Source of the DNA: Clostridiales bacterium
GTDB taxonomy: Bacteria; Bacillota; Clostridia; Christensenellales; CAG-138
DNA: 64,000 nt
NCBI GenBank assembly: GCA_012517905.1
Contig: JAAYUE010000083.1
Span: 9,070 to 73,069 of the forward strand
Direction: 5' to 3'
Both the position numbers and the translations under genes were made by a program. Shown here in pieces: positions 18,778 through 27,794 of this stretch. The notes below the pieces were generated by a model, which was not told where the DNA came from, searched no databases, and saw nothing but the letters and a program-made list of their open reading frames with translations. Within the stretch, counting starts at the first letter, position 1. Each line of letters starts with the position of its first letter.

Positions 18778-20052
18778 TCAGTTCGCCAGCGCGGTGTTGA
18801 TCGCCTCTACCGCGGCGGAGAGTTCCATCTCGCCGGAGAGGTAGGCATGCGCGGCATTCATAATCGCGTCCGAAGTCTCGGAATAGTGCGCCGAGACCGG
18901 GCGGGAGATCGTGGTTGCCAGCGCATTCTGGAACCCGGGCATGGAGAGCATGGCGTTGGCCGCGACGACATCCGCGTCGCTGAGCATCTCGTTATAGCCG
19001 GGCAGATAGCCGCCCTGCACGGACATGATCTTCTGCCCCTGCGTCGCCACAAACTTCATGAAGTCCCAGGCGCCGTCCTTGTTGGCCGAGTTTTTGTTGA
19101 TGCCGAGCAGCCAGCCGCCGACGGTCGATCCGCCGGGCAGGGGGGCAACGTCCACAACGTCCTGCGAAATTGTGCCTTCCGAAGCGATCATGCCCCATTG
19201 ATACGGCCAGTTGCGCGCGAACACGCTCGCGCCTTTGATGAAGCTGTTGTGCGTCTCGCCTTCGGAGTAGTTGAGGATATCCACGGGGGATGCCGGGGAA
19301 TCCACCATGCTCTTGAGCGCGACAAGGCCGCCTTCCACATCCGTCCAACCAGCCGTATACTCGGTGAGATTGCAGACCAGGCCCTCATAGAGCTTTGCCT
19401 GGAAGACGATGCCGTCGGTCGTTCCGCCCTGCCCCATATAGGTTTCGGCCATCGTCTGCAGGTCCGCATAGGTATAGTCGCCGGAGACGAGCTTTGCCGC
19501 ATCCTCGGCGGAGACGATGTCCTTGCGGAAATAGAGCAGGCCGAGGTCCGGGAAGAACGGCAGCGTGTACTGCTTTGCGTTATAGTTGCCCGCGGTCATG
19601 GAGCCGGCGTTGAACTGCGAAATTTTCAGTCCGTCCGCCTGCATCATCTGATCGATCGGCTCGATATACCCCGCGGCGGCGAACTCGCCCGCCCACACGA
19701 CGTCCATCGAAAGCACGTCGTAGTCGCTTGAGCCGGCCTGCATGCTCGTCAGAATCTGCTCGCGCATCGCGCCGGAGTCGTTGGTCATGTCGATCCATTC
19801 CACCGTGTACATATCCTGCGACGCGTTGTACGCATCTACGACCGCCTGCGTCGCAGGCGTGCTGTCTGCCTGCGCGGCAAACTTGATCATGACCCGCTCT
19901 GCGGGAACGGCCTGCGTCTCCGCAGGCGCTTCCTGCGCGGGCTTGGTCGCATCGGTTGCGGCGGGCTCCGTTGCGGCAGGCGTCGATGCGCAGCCGGCAA
20001 GCAGGGCAAGCACCATTGTCAGCGCCAACAAAATACCAAGAATCTTTTTCAT
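18778..20052 (-). CDS. ABC sugar transporter, extracellular solute-binding lipoprotein
   Basis: Lipobox LLAGC in MKKILGILLALTMVLALLAGC. First gene of a binding-protein, permease, permease, GH65-PGM operon. Confidence 0.9.
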   Translation of the reverse strand: MKKILGILLALTMVLALLAGCASTPAATEPAATDATKPAQEAPAETQAVPAERVMIKFAAQADSTPATQAVVDAYNASQDMYTVEWIDMTNDSGAMREQILTSMQAGSSDYDVLSMDVVWAGEFAAAGYIEPIDQMMQADGLKISQFNAGSMTAGNYNAKQYTLPFFPDLGLLYFRKDIVSAEDAAKLVSGDYTYADLQTMAETYMGQGGTTDGIVFQAKLYEGLVCNLTEYTAGWTDVEGGLVALKSMVDSPASPVDILNYSEGETHNSFIKGASVFARNWPYQWGMIASEGTISQDVVDVAPLPGGSTVGGWLLGINKNSANKDGAWDFMKFVATQGQKIMSVQGGYLPGYNEMLSDADVVAANAMLSMPGFQNALATTISRPVSAHYSETSDAIMNAAHAYLSGEMELSAAVEAINTALAN

Positions 20053-20225
20053 CCTTCTCTTCCTCCTTGTTCAATTTTCAGCTGTTTTGGTTTCCATATA
20101 CCCGTCGAAATGTGGAGCGCGGGCTTTGACTATACTGTTATTATATTTATTCTGTTTCGTGCGAATCTATAAATATTCTCACTTTTATGTTATAATTTTC
20201 ACCATCTGGAGGAGGTGATCGGCGT

Positions 20226-21425
20226 ATGCATCCAGAAGAGCGGATACAGTTGCTGCGAATGTTTCATTACGTATCCGGCATTCCCGTCGAAATGCTCTGC
20301 GGCCTAAGCTGCGTTTATCGCCTGCCGCAGGAGATTCCCAGCGCCGCGCAGATTACCGGGGACCGTTCGCTTCTGCCCGCGCCCGGGCCGGACGACCGGA
20401 GCGTGCAATATCTCACCACCCCCGCGCTGGAAACCTATCTGCTGCTCAGCACCGGGGACGGGTTTCTGTTACGCGCAGGTCCTGTGCTGCAAAGCCCCGT
20501 AAATCCGGAGCGTCTCGCCCCGCTGATCCGCGCCGGCGTGCTGCCCTTTCGCTGCAAGCAGGCGCTCGGTGCGCACTACTCCAGCTGCCGCGTTCTGGAC
20601 GACCGAACGCTCTTCTACGCGGGCAAGATGCTAGAAACGCTGCTGCTGCGCGAGGCGCCGGCGCCGAATCTGGTCGAGGTCGTGCCGGATACCGGCGCTC
20701 CGATCGACAACAGCTTTTTCTCCCAGACGTTCGACTACCGCTCCATGCAGTTTCAGCACGCGCCATACGCCATTGAGCAGGAAGTCTGCCGCATGATCGC
20801 AAACGGCGACACCGCCAGCTCCAAGCACATCCTGCGCGACATCAACCGTATGCCGCGCGCCAAACTGGCCAATACGCCCTTTCGCTCGCTGAAAAACTCT
20901 CTGATCTGCAGCTGTACCTTCATGGCGCGCGCCGCCATCACCGGCGGCGTCAAGCCGGACGAGGCGTTTACGCTCAGCGACGCATACATCCAGCGCATCG
21001 AAGCCTCCGCGACGACGCTCGATCTCTACGGCTTCGAGGCGGAGATGATCGAAGGCTTCACCGCGCATGTGCGCGCGGTGCAGGGCGAGCGTTTCTCCGC
21101 CAAAGTCGCGCAGGCGATGCAGTACATCAATCTGCACCTGAGCGACCCGCTCACCGTCGCGACGATCGCCGGCGCCGTGTTTCACAACGCGAACTACCTC
21201 TCCCGTCTGTTCAAGCACGAAACAGGAGAGACCATTCATCAGTATATTCTGAAAAAGCGGATCGAGGAAGCCGCACATTTCGTCAAGAATACAAACGATT
21301 CCATCGCGGATATCGCCTCCTTCTACCAATTCTGTTCGCAGAGCCATTTCGTACAGTGCTTTCGAAAAGCCATGGGCGTCACGCCCGGGGAATATCGTCG
21401 CAGGACTTTTGCAGCGGGATCATAG
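20226..21425 (+). CDS. AraC family transcriptional regulator
   Basis: C-terminal double HTH: ANYLSRLFKHETGETIHQYILKKRIEEAAHFV...SQSHFVQCFRKAMGVTPGEYRR. Divergent from the ABC operon. Confidence 0.9.
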   Translation: MHPEERIQLLRMFHYVSGIPVEMLCGLSCVYRLPQEIPSAAQITGDRSLLPAPGPDDRSVQYLTTPALETYLLLSTGDGFLLRAGPVLQSPVNPERLAPLIRAGVLPFRCKQALGAHYSSCRVLDDRTLFYAGKMLETLLLREAPAPNLVEVVPDTGAPIDNSFFSQTFDYRSMQFQHAPYAIEQEVCRMIANGDTASSKHILRDINRMPRAKLANTPFRSLKNSLICSCTFMARAAITGGVKPDEAFTLSDAYIQRIEASATTLDLYGFEAEMIEGFTAHVRAVQGERFSAKVAQAMQYINLHLSDPLTVATIAGAVFHNANYLSRLFKHETGETIHQYILKKRIEEAAHFVKNTNDSIADIASFYQFCSQSHFVQCFRKAMGVTPGEYRRRTFAAGS

Positions 21426-21570
21426 GAAGAGACGGCCGAGCGAACCACGGCGCTGTTCTTTCGCCGCATCGTTTGCGCGCCATATGGCGCAGTCGGCCGA
21501 TCGCTCGTCCCTTTCCTTTCGCTCGGCAACGGGATCAGCCTGAGCGGGCGGTTTGTCCGCATTCGAAATA

Positions 21571-21580
21571 TTGAAACAAA
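21571..21580 (+). promoter_or_regulatory. TTGAAACAA motif copy 1 (candidate regulator binding site)
   Basis: TTGAAACAAA sits 18 nt upstream of the -35 of the regulator-gene promoter. The same core recurs twice upstream of the TRAP operon. Confidence 0.35.
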
Positions 21581-21597
21581 TCCGAGTATATATTTTA

Positions 21598-21626
21598 TTG
21601 ACATCAGACGTAATGGGCGATAAAGT
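21598..21626 (+). promoter_or_regulatory. Promoter of PrpR-like regulator gene
   Basis: TTGACA, 17-nt spacer, TAAAGT. Confidence 0.45.
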
Positions 21627-21670
21627 GTCATTATGAAACACGAAGCGAACGATGATTGAGGGAGCCGAAG

Positions 21671-23422
21671 ATGGAAAGAAAAAAAGTACTTGTGATTGCG
21701 CCGTATGCGGGACTGAAAGAGTTGGTGTCGTCCATCGCGGGGGAGTTCGCGAACTATGAGATACAGGCCGTTCAGGGAAACCTTGAAAACGCCTTGCCCT
21801 ATGTAAAACGCGCGGAACTCGAGGGCGTCTCTATCATTCTTTCGAGAGGCGGCACCGCAAAGCAGCTGGCGAAGCACACCTCGATCCCCGTTCTGAATAT
21901 TCCAGTCTCCGGCTACGATGTTTTGCGATCCATATCGCTTGCAAAAACATTCTACGGAAAGCGGGCGGTCGTGGGATTTGAGTCGATTACACACGGATAC
22001 CAGGCCGTCAACACGCTTTTGGACACGGACATGGAGATCGTTACGATCAACGAGGAAGACGAACTGCCGGCCGTGCTGGACTACATGAAAAGCAAAGGCG
22101 TACGGCTGATCATCGGCGACGTGGTTACCGTAGACTACGCAAAAAAGAAGAATTTTGTCGGCGTATTGGTTACGTCCGGCGAGGAGAGCGTGCGCGACGC
22201 GCTCGAACAGGTCGGATTTCTGGAAAGCCATATCGGATACTATAAAAAGCGCGCTGAATTACTCGAGCAGGCTTTGAACCGCGAACCCAATCGGGAAACG
22301 CTCATCTTTTCGGATCAGGGCGACCTTCTGTTTCAGACGGCATCCCTCGACGAAACGCTTGCCAACGCGCTGAAATCCCGGATGGCGGACCCGGGATTTC
22401 TGGCCCGCTTCCCGGATTATCTGCCCGACTCGAAGGGGCAGGTCTTCGCGGTGACGGCTCAGACCTGGCATCAAAACGGGACAACGGCTACAATATTTAC
22501 CGCACAAGAGATTCAAACCCGGTATCAGGGCATCCGGATCCGGCCCCTGTCCGAGTTTGGCACCCTGTCTTACAACCTCTTTATGAACAACGATCCGGAC
22601 AGCATGAATGCAATATCGCTTGCGGAGTCGTTGTCGAAGACCAATCGCTCGGTCTTGATTCAGGGCGAACCCGGCGTCGGGAAAGACTGGTTCGGCATTC
22701 TGATGCATCTGAACACGGCCGGCATGGAGTCCGGGCTGATGATTCTGGACTGCTCTCTGCTGACGAAAGAAGATATCGATCATCTCTTCGTGCATTACGC
22801 TCTGCCGGATTCGCACAAAAGAACGCCGGTCCTGCTCAACCATCTGGACATGCTGAGCAAACACGGGCAGGCGGAGCTTTTGTCCTATTCGAGCCGGTTT
22901 GAGCAGTTTCGGTTTGTAGCCACATCGAGAAAGAGCATCACGGCGATGGGCGAGGAAGGAAGTTTTCTGAAAGAGCTGATTTCCGCTTTCGAATTTTCCG
23001 CAATCTATCTCCCGTCCGTACGGGAACATCAGGAAAACATAGAAAACCTGTGCAGCATCGCAATCAGCAGCGCAAATGAAAGCCTTGGAAAGCAGGTGGT
23101 CGCGCTGGAAAACGATGCGATGGAGTTGTGCAAAAATTACCGCTGGCCCGGCAATTTAAAGCAGATCTGCAGCGTAATGGAGGATGCGGTCCGGGTGACC
23201 GAGGCGTCTTTTATTTCAAAATCGACGGTCCAGTCCTTTATTTCGGAGGATAAGCAGACAAAGGACACCGTGATCTACATTTCCAAAAACAAGACGCTGG
23301 ACCAGTTTGAAAAGGAAATCATCCTCTCCGTTCTGCAGGACGAGGACATGAACCAGAGCAGGGCGGCCGACAGACTGGGGATCGGGCGCAGCACAATGTG
23401 GAGAAAGCTCAACCAGATTTAG
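21671..23422 (+). CDS. PrpR-N domain / AAA+ (sigma-54-interaction-like, degenerate) / Fis-HTH transcriptional regulator
   Basis: N-terminal KKVLVIAPYAGLKELV...ILSRGGTAKQL (PrpR_N-like). Walker A GEPGVGKD. YRWPGNLKQI. C-terminal HTH NQSRAADRLGIGRSTMWRKL. No GAFTGA loop visible. Confidence 0.85.
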   Translation: MERKKVLVIAPYAGLKELVSSIAGEFANYEIQAVQGNLENALPYVKRAELEGVSIILSRGGTAKQLAKHTSIPVLNIPVSGYDVLRSISLAKTFYGKRAVVGFESITHGYQAVNTLLDTDMEIVTINEEDELPAVLDYMKSKGVRLIIGDVVTVDYAKKKNFVGVLVTSGEESVRDALEQVGFLESHIGYYKKRAELLEQALNREPNRETLIFSDQGDLLFQTASLDETLANALKSRMADPGFLARFPDYLPDSKGQVFAVTAQTWHQNGTTATIFTAQEIQTRYQGIRIRPLSEFGTLSYNLFMNNDPDSMNAISLAESLSKTNRSVLIQGEPGVGKDWFGILMHLNTAGMESGLMILDCSLLTKEDIDHLFVHYALPDSHKRTPVLLNHLDMLSKHGQAELLSYSSRFEQFRFVATSRKSITAMGEEGSFLKELISAFEFSAIYLPSVREHQENIENLCSIAISSANESLGKQVVALENDAMELCKNYRWPGNLKQICSVMEDAVRVTEASFISKSTVQSFISEDKQTKDTVIYISKNKTLDQFEKEIILSVLQDEDMNQSRAADRLGIGRSTMWRKLNQI

Positions 23423-23447
23423 GCGGTATCGTAATCTAGCGCTTTAG

Positions 23448-23459
23448 ATTGTTTCAAAA
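23448..23459 (-). promoter_or_regulatory. TTTGAAACAAT motif copy 2 (inverted orientation)
   Basis: Plus strand reads ATTGTTTCAAAA, the reverse complement of TTTTGAAACAAT. Confidence 0.35.
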
Positions 23460-23611
23460 TAATACATCAAATCTAACACATCTTGCATTTTTCCTCTTGC
23501 TTGTGCTTCATTTTGAATATATAATGATGTCGCAAGTTTGATGATTCCTTTTGGCTGCAAAAATAAGTCATATCGGTTTTTTCTCGGAATCGCAGCCTAT
23601 GATGATTCGCA

Positions 23612-23628
23612 TTTGAAACAATTTCAAA
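23612..23628. promoter_or_regulatory. TTTGAAACAAT motif copy 3 within the palindrome TTTGAAA-caa-TTTCAAA
   Basis: 7-bp perfect inverted arms, about 180 nt upstream of the dctP start. Confidence 0.4.
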
Positions 23629-23807
23629 AAGAAACAGCGGTTCTGCAGAGCTGTTGTGGACGCCCCGTCATGTTTTCGATATCAGCGGTTCATCATCGCT
23701 ACAATTGACACGGCAAGGAGGAGATGCGGCCAATAATTTTCATTTCAAGGGAGTGGGGAACAGGTTATACCCAAAATTCGATCGACAAATTAAGAGGAGG
23801 AGACCAA

Positions 23808-24872
23808 ATGAAAAAAGTGTTATCAATGTTGCTGGTGCTTGCTTTAGCCCTTTCGGTGGTCGGATGCACCGCTGCCGAAGTAAGCAGCACGGGCACGGAA
23901 TCTGCGACCGCCACAGAACCCGCCGCAACGGAAGCCGCCGCTCCAGCTGCTGATTCCGGAAAGGTGTACGATCTGAAGCTGTCCCTGGTGCAGTCCGCAA
24001 ACGAGCCGTTTGGCGAACTGGTCGAGATTCTGAAAAGCAGGATCGAAGAGTACACGAACGGTCGAGTCAAGTGCGAAGTGTACTACAACGGCGAACTGGG
24101 CGATAACGTAGACACCTGCGAGGCGATTCTCCAGGGCGCCAATATCGTTACGTTCCCGACGTTCGACTTCTATGCCCCTTACATTCTGGATGTTTCCATT
24201 CTGGACGGCCCCTTCTTCTTCCAGTCTCCGGATGAGCTGGCAAAGCTGGAAGCGTCCGACTGGTGGGCCGAGCAGGTCCAGAAGATGGAAGACATCAACC
24301 TCTGGTATGGCGGCGCAATGTACCTGGGCGCGCGCAGCCTCCTTCACAACGTGCCGGGCGCAAAGCTTCCCGAGGATTTCAAGGGTCAGGTCATGCGCTC
24401 CGCCTCCACGACCATGCGGCATGCGATGTGCGAAGCCATCACCGGCAACGTCGCGACCATTGCCTGGTCCGAAATCTACTCGGCGCTGAGCACCGGCGTC
24501 GCCGAAATGTGCGAAGCCCCGCTGGGCTCCATCGTGAGCACAAAGATCTATGAGGTCTGCCGGTATATTACCCTTGACGAGCACATCTACGCATTCCAGG
24601 CGCCCTGGATCGCCAAATCCTGGGTCGACGCATTGCCCGCGGATGTCCGCGAGGGCTTTGAGAGAGCCGTAAAAGAAACGTGCGCGGAATCGGTCGACTA
24701 CATCAATCAGAGCGAAGCGGAATACAGAGCGCTCCTGGAGAGCGAAGGCGTCACCTTTATCGAAGTGGATGATAAGGACGCCTGGGTCGAGGCGACCAAA
24801 TCCGCATACGACTCGATTCAGTGGGAAGAGCCCGATCTGTATCAGAAGTGCCAGGCGATCCTGGGCCGCTGA
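23808..24872 (+). CDS. dctP: TRAP transporter substrate-binding lipoprotein (DctP family)
   Basis: Track ORF trimmed to ATG 23808 after GAGGAGGAG. Lipobox VVGC. Followed by DctQ and DctM genes. Confidence 0.87.
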   Translation: MKKVLSMLLVLALALSVVGCTAAEVSSTGTESATATEPAATEAAAPAADSGKVYDLKLSLVQSANEPFGELVEILKSRIEEYTNGRVKCEVYYNGELGDNVDTCEAILQGANIVTFPTFDFYAPYILDVSILDGPFFFQSPDELAKLEASDWWAEQVQKMEDINLWYGGAMYLGARSLLHNVPGAKLPEDFKGQVMRSASTTMRHAMCEAITGNVATIAWSEIYSALSTGVAEMCEAPLGSIVSTKIYEVCRYITLDEHIYAFQAPWIAKSWVDALPADVREGFERAVKETCAESVDYINQSEAEYRALLESEGVTFIEVDDKDAWVEATKSAYDSIQWEEPDLYQKCQAILGR

Positions 24873-24881
24873 TGTCAACGA

Positions 24882-24974
24882 GCGGGGAAAGGCTTCCGTC
24901 GATCACGCTGCGGGAACGAAGACCATCGGAACATATTCCGCAGCGCGGTTGGAACGAGCGGAGGCCTTCCCCGC
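24882..24974 (+). other. Intercistronic nested stem-loop between dctP and dctQ
   Basis: Outer stem GCGGGGAAAGGC (24882-24893) pairs with GCCTTCCCCGC (24964-24974). Inner stem CGCTGCGG (24906-24913) pairs with CCGCAGCG (24938-24945). Confidence 0.5.
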
Positions 24975-25025
24975 CTTTCCGTACTGTGACCGGTATAGCT
25001 TTTCAATGGCTATGGAGCATGTATT

Positions 25026-25532
25026 ATGAAAGATCTTGATGCAAAGATTACGAAGGGGATCGAAACGCTGCTTTCAACCATCGGCATATTCTGCCTGATC
25101 GCAATGATTTTCTGCATTACGACAAACGTGCTGATGCGCGCCGTCTTCGGAAAATCGATTGCATGGTCGGAAGAATACGGGTACTTATTCTTCTGTTATG
25201 CCGTGTATGTCGGAACCGCCTTCTGCTACAAGCAAGGGGAGTTGATCTCCATCAACTCCGTCGTGCTGCTGCTGCCCAAAGCAGTTCAAAAGGGGATTTT
25301 CTATTTTGATCGGTTTCTGCTTACGGCAGTCAACATATATCTGTTGATTCTTTCCGTGAAATTCACGATGAACGCCGCAACGAAAATGTCGCCGCTCATG
25401 CGGATTCCTTATTCCTATATCGACGCGTGCCTTGTCGTCATGTTTACCTTTATCGTCCTCTTCTCATTCAGGGATTTAATCCGTGCCATATTGAAGCTGG
25501 ACGACATGGAAACCGAGCGCAGAGCGGAATAA
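25026..25532 (+). CDS. dctQ: TRAP transporter small permease (DctQ family)
   Basis: 168-aa protein with four hydrophobic segments, located between DctP and DctM. Confidence 0.85.
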   Translation: MKDLDAKITKGIETLLSTIGIFCLIAMIFCITTNVLMRAVFGKSIAWSEEYGYLFFCYAVYVGTAFCYKQGELISINSVVLLLPKAVQKGIFYFDRFLLTAVNIYLLILSVKFTMNAATKMSPLMRIPYSYIDACLVVMFTFIVLFSFRDLIRAILKLDDMETERRAE

Positions 25533-25550
25533 GGCGGAGGTAGTATTTTT

Positions 25551-26828
25551 ATGAATTTCTGGCCGTTAATTTTAGTGGTCGTACTGGTTTTGATCAACGT
25601 TCCCGTATCCTATGCCCTGCTGATTTCTTCCGTGTTTTATTTCAGCGCATTCGATACGGGTCTGGACGTCGCTTTGATATTCCAGCGGCTGATCGCTCAG
25701 TGTCAATCGTTCGCGCTGTTGGCCGTTCCGTTTTTCGTGACGGCGGGCGTGATCATGGAGTATGCCGGAATCGGGAGACGGTTGATGGATTTCGTCGGGC
25801 TGTTCACCGGCAGAACCCGCGGCGGTTTGGCTCATGCAAACATATTGCTCAGCACATTCATGGGCGGATGTTCCGGCTCGGCAAACGCGGACGCCGCGAT
25901 GGAAGCGAAGATGCTGATTCCGCTCATGAAAGAGAGCGGCATCGACGTCGGCTTTTCGGCCGGCGTAACGGCGACTTCGGCCTGCATTACGCCCATCATT
26001 CCGCCGGGCATCGTTCTGATCATCTACGCCACCATTTCAGGCGTATCCGTCGGAGACATGTTCCTTGCCGGATATCTTCCGGGCGCACTGATGTGCATTG
26101 CGCTGATGATTACCGTATCCATCATTGCGAGAAAGCGCGGATACCCGCCCACCCGCGACAAATGGCCCAACTTTAAGGAGATCGTCCGGATTACAGGTTC
26201 GGCGGTCTGGGCGCTCGTGGTTCCTCTGGGGATTCTCATGGGGCTGCGCATGGGCGTGTTTACCCCGACGGAAGCCGGCGCGGTCGTCGTCGTATACTGT
26301 CTGCTCGTGGGGTTGTTTATCTACAGAGATTTAAAGCCGAAAATGCTGCCGCGCCTTTTCCTGGATTCGCTGCGCACAACCGCCAGCGTCATGTTCATCG
26401 TCGCCGGTGCGGCCGCTTTCAGCTATTACCTGAGCTGGGAACGAATCCCGCAGTTCATCTCCGAGATGCTCTTAGGGGTAACGACGAATAAATACGTCTT
26501 CCTGCTGATTGTCAACGTGTTTCTGCTGATTTGCGGCATGTTTCTGGAGTGCACCGCTGCGCAGATCATGGTCATCCCGCTGCTCGTGGGTGCGGCGCAG
26601 ACGCTCGGCATCAACCTCGTGCATTTCGGCATTCTGACCAGCATCAACATCGTCATCGGCGGATGCACGCCTCCCTTTGGAACCTATATGTTCACCGTTT
26701 GCGCCGCAAGCGGCACTTCGATTCCAAGGTATACGAAGGCGACATGGCCGTTGATACTCACGCTGATCATCGTATTGTTTTTAGTTTCGTATATACCGGG
26801 TATCTCATTGCTACTGCCGGGTCAATAG
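25551..26828 (+). CDS. dctM: TRAP transporter large permease (DctM family)
   Basis: 425-aa polytopic membrane protein. GGAGG RBS. Confidence 0.9.
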   Translation: MNFWPLILVVVLVLINVPVSYALLISSVFYFSAFDTGLDVALIFQRLIAQCQSFALLAVPFFVTAGVIMEYAGIGRRLMDFVGLFTGRTRGGLAHANILLSTFMGGCSGSANADAAMEAKMLIPLMKESGIDVGFSAGVTATSACITPIIPPGIVLIIYATISGVSVGDMFLAGYLPGALMCIALMITVSIIARKRGYPPTRDKWPNFKEIVRITGSAVWALVVPLGILMGLRMGVFTPTEAGAVVVVYCLLVGLFIYRDLKPKMLPRLFLDSLRTTASVMFIVAGAAAFSYYLSWERIPQFISEMLLGVTTNKYVFLLIVNVFLLICGMFLECTAAQIMVIPLLVGAAQTLGINLVHFGILTSINIVIGGCTPPFGTYMFTVCAASGTSIPRYTKATWPLILTLIIVLFLVSYIPGISLLLPGQ

Positions 26829-26841
26829 AAAGCGAGAAACC

Positions 26842-27768
26842 ATGTCGTCTCAAAGCAGCAATCAGATTCGCGGCCTGATTAGCGACATCCAGCGGTTTTC
26901 GATTCATGACGGGCCCGGCATCAGAACTACGGTCTTTCTGAAAGGCTGCCCTCTGGCCTGCTACTGGTGCCACAATCCGGAGACCCAGGCGGCGCATCCG
27001 CAAATCATGATCCACCGCAACCTGTGTATCCGCTGCGGAAACTGCGTGAACGCGTGTCCGGTCGGATGCATCCGGCTTGACGCGGACGGCGTACGGATCG
27101 ATCGAAGCAAATGCCTGCAATGCGGAGCCTGCGCGCGCGCTTGCCCGGCCGAGGCGCTGAAGCTCGACAGCCGGTGGATGACGCCCGCCGAAACGCTCAG
27201 CGTCCTCCGGGTGGACGCCTCCTTTTATCAGCAATCGGGCGGCGGGGTGACGTTTTCCGGCGGCGAGGCGCTGACGCAGATCGACTTTCTTCAGGAAACC
27301 CTCCGCCTTTGCAAAAGCGAAGGCTACCACACGACGGTGGATACTTCGGGTTACTGCGAGCAGGCAACCCTGGAAAGGATTTTGCCGTTTACGGACCTGT
27401 TTCTTTACGACCTGAAAGCCGGCGACGACGCGACGCATGTCCGCGGAACGGGGAAACACCTGCAGACCATCCACGATAATCTGCGGTTCCTCGTGCAAAA
27501 AGGAGCGGCCATCTATATCCGCATTCCGATCATCCCCGGGTTCAACGACAACGACGAGGAAATGGGCAAGATCGCGGCGTTTCTCACCCCGATGGCGAAT
27601 GCCATAGCGCGGGTCGAACTGCTTCCCTTTCACCGGCTGGGGATCGTCAAATACGAGGCGCTGGACCGCGCATACAAAGCCGCGGATCTCGCCCCGGTTT
27701 CGCAGGAGCGCATGCGTCGGCTTGCCAGGCCGTTTTACACGGCGTTTGATCAGGTTGAGATTGGGTGA
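26842..27768 (+). CDS. Glycyl-radical enzyme activating protein (radical SAM) with two auxiliary ferredoxin-type clusters
   Basis: GPGIRTTVFLKGCPLACYWCHNPE contains the CX3CX2C motif. Auxiliary cluster motifs CIRCGNCVNACP and CLQCGACARACP. Confidence 0.92.
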   Translation: MSSQSSNQIRGLISDIQRFSIHDGPGIRTTVFLKGCPLACYWCHNPETQAAHPQIMIHRNLCIRCGNCVNACPVGCIRLDADGVRIDRSKCLQCGACARACPAEALKLDSRWMTPAETLSVLRVDASFYQQSGGGVTFSGGEALTQIDFLQETLRLCKSEGYHTTVDTSGYCEQATLERILPFTDLFLYDLKAGDDATHVRGTGKHLQTIHDNLRFLVQKGAAIYIRIPIIPGFNDNDEEMGKIAAFLTPMANAIARVELLPFHRLGIVKYEALDRAYKAADLAPVSQERMRRLARPFYTAFDQVEIG

Positions 27769-27794
27769 AAATACAAGCATAAGGAGGAGCATCT

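Noticed and set aside
23423-23807. Search for a sigma-54 (-24 TGGCAC / -12 TTGC) promoter upstream of the TRAP/GRE operon.
   Set aside because: Candidate GG...GC pairs (e.g. TTGGCTGCAAAAATAAG and CGGCAAGGAGGAGATGC) have the wrong spacing, so no convincing element was found by eye. This is a negative result that needs a PWM scan.
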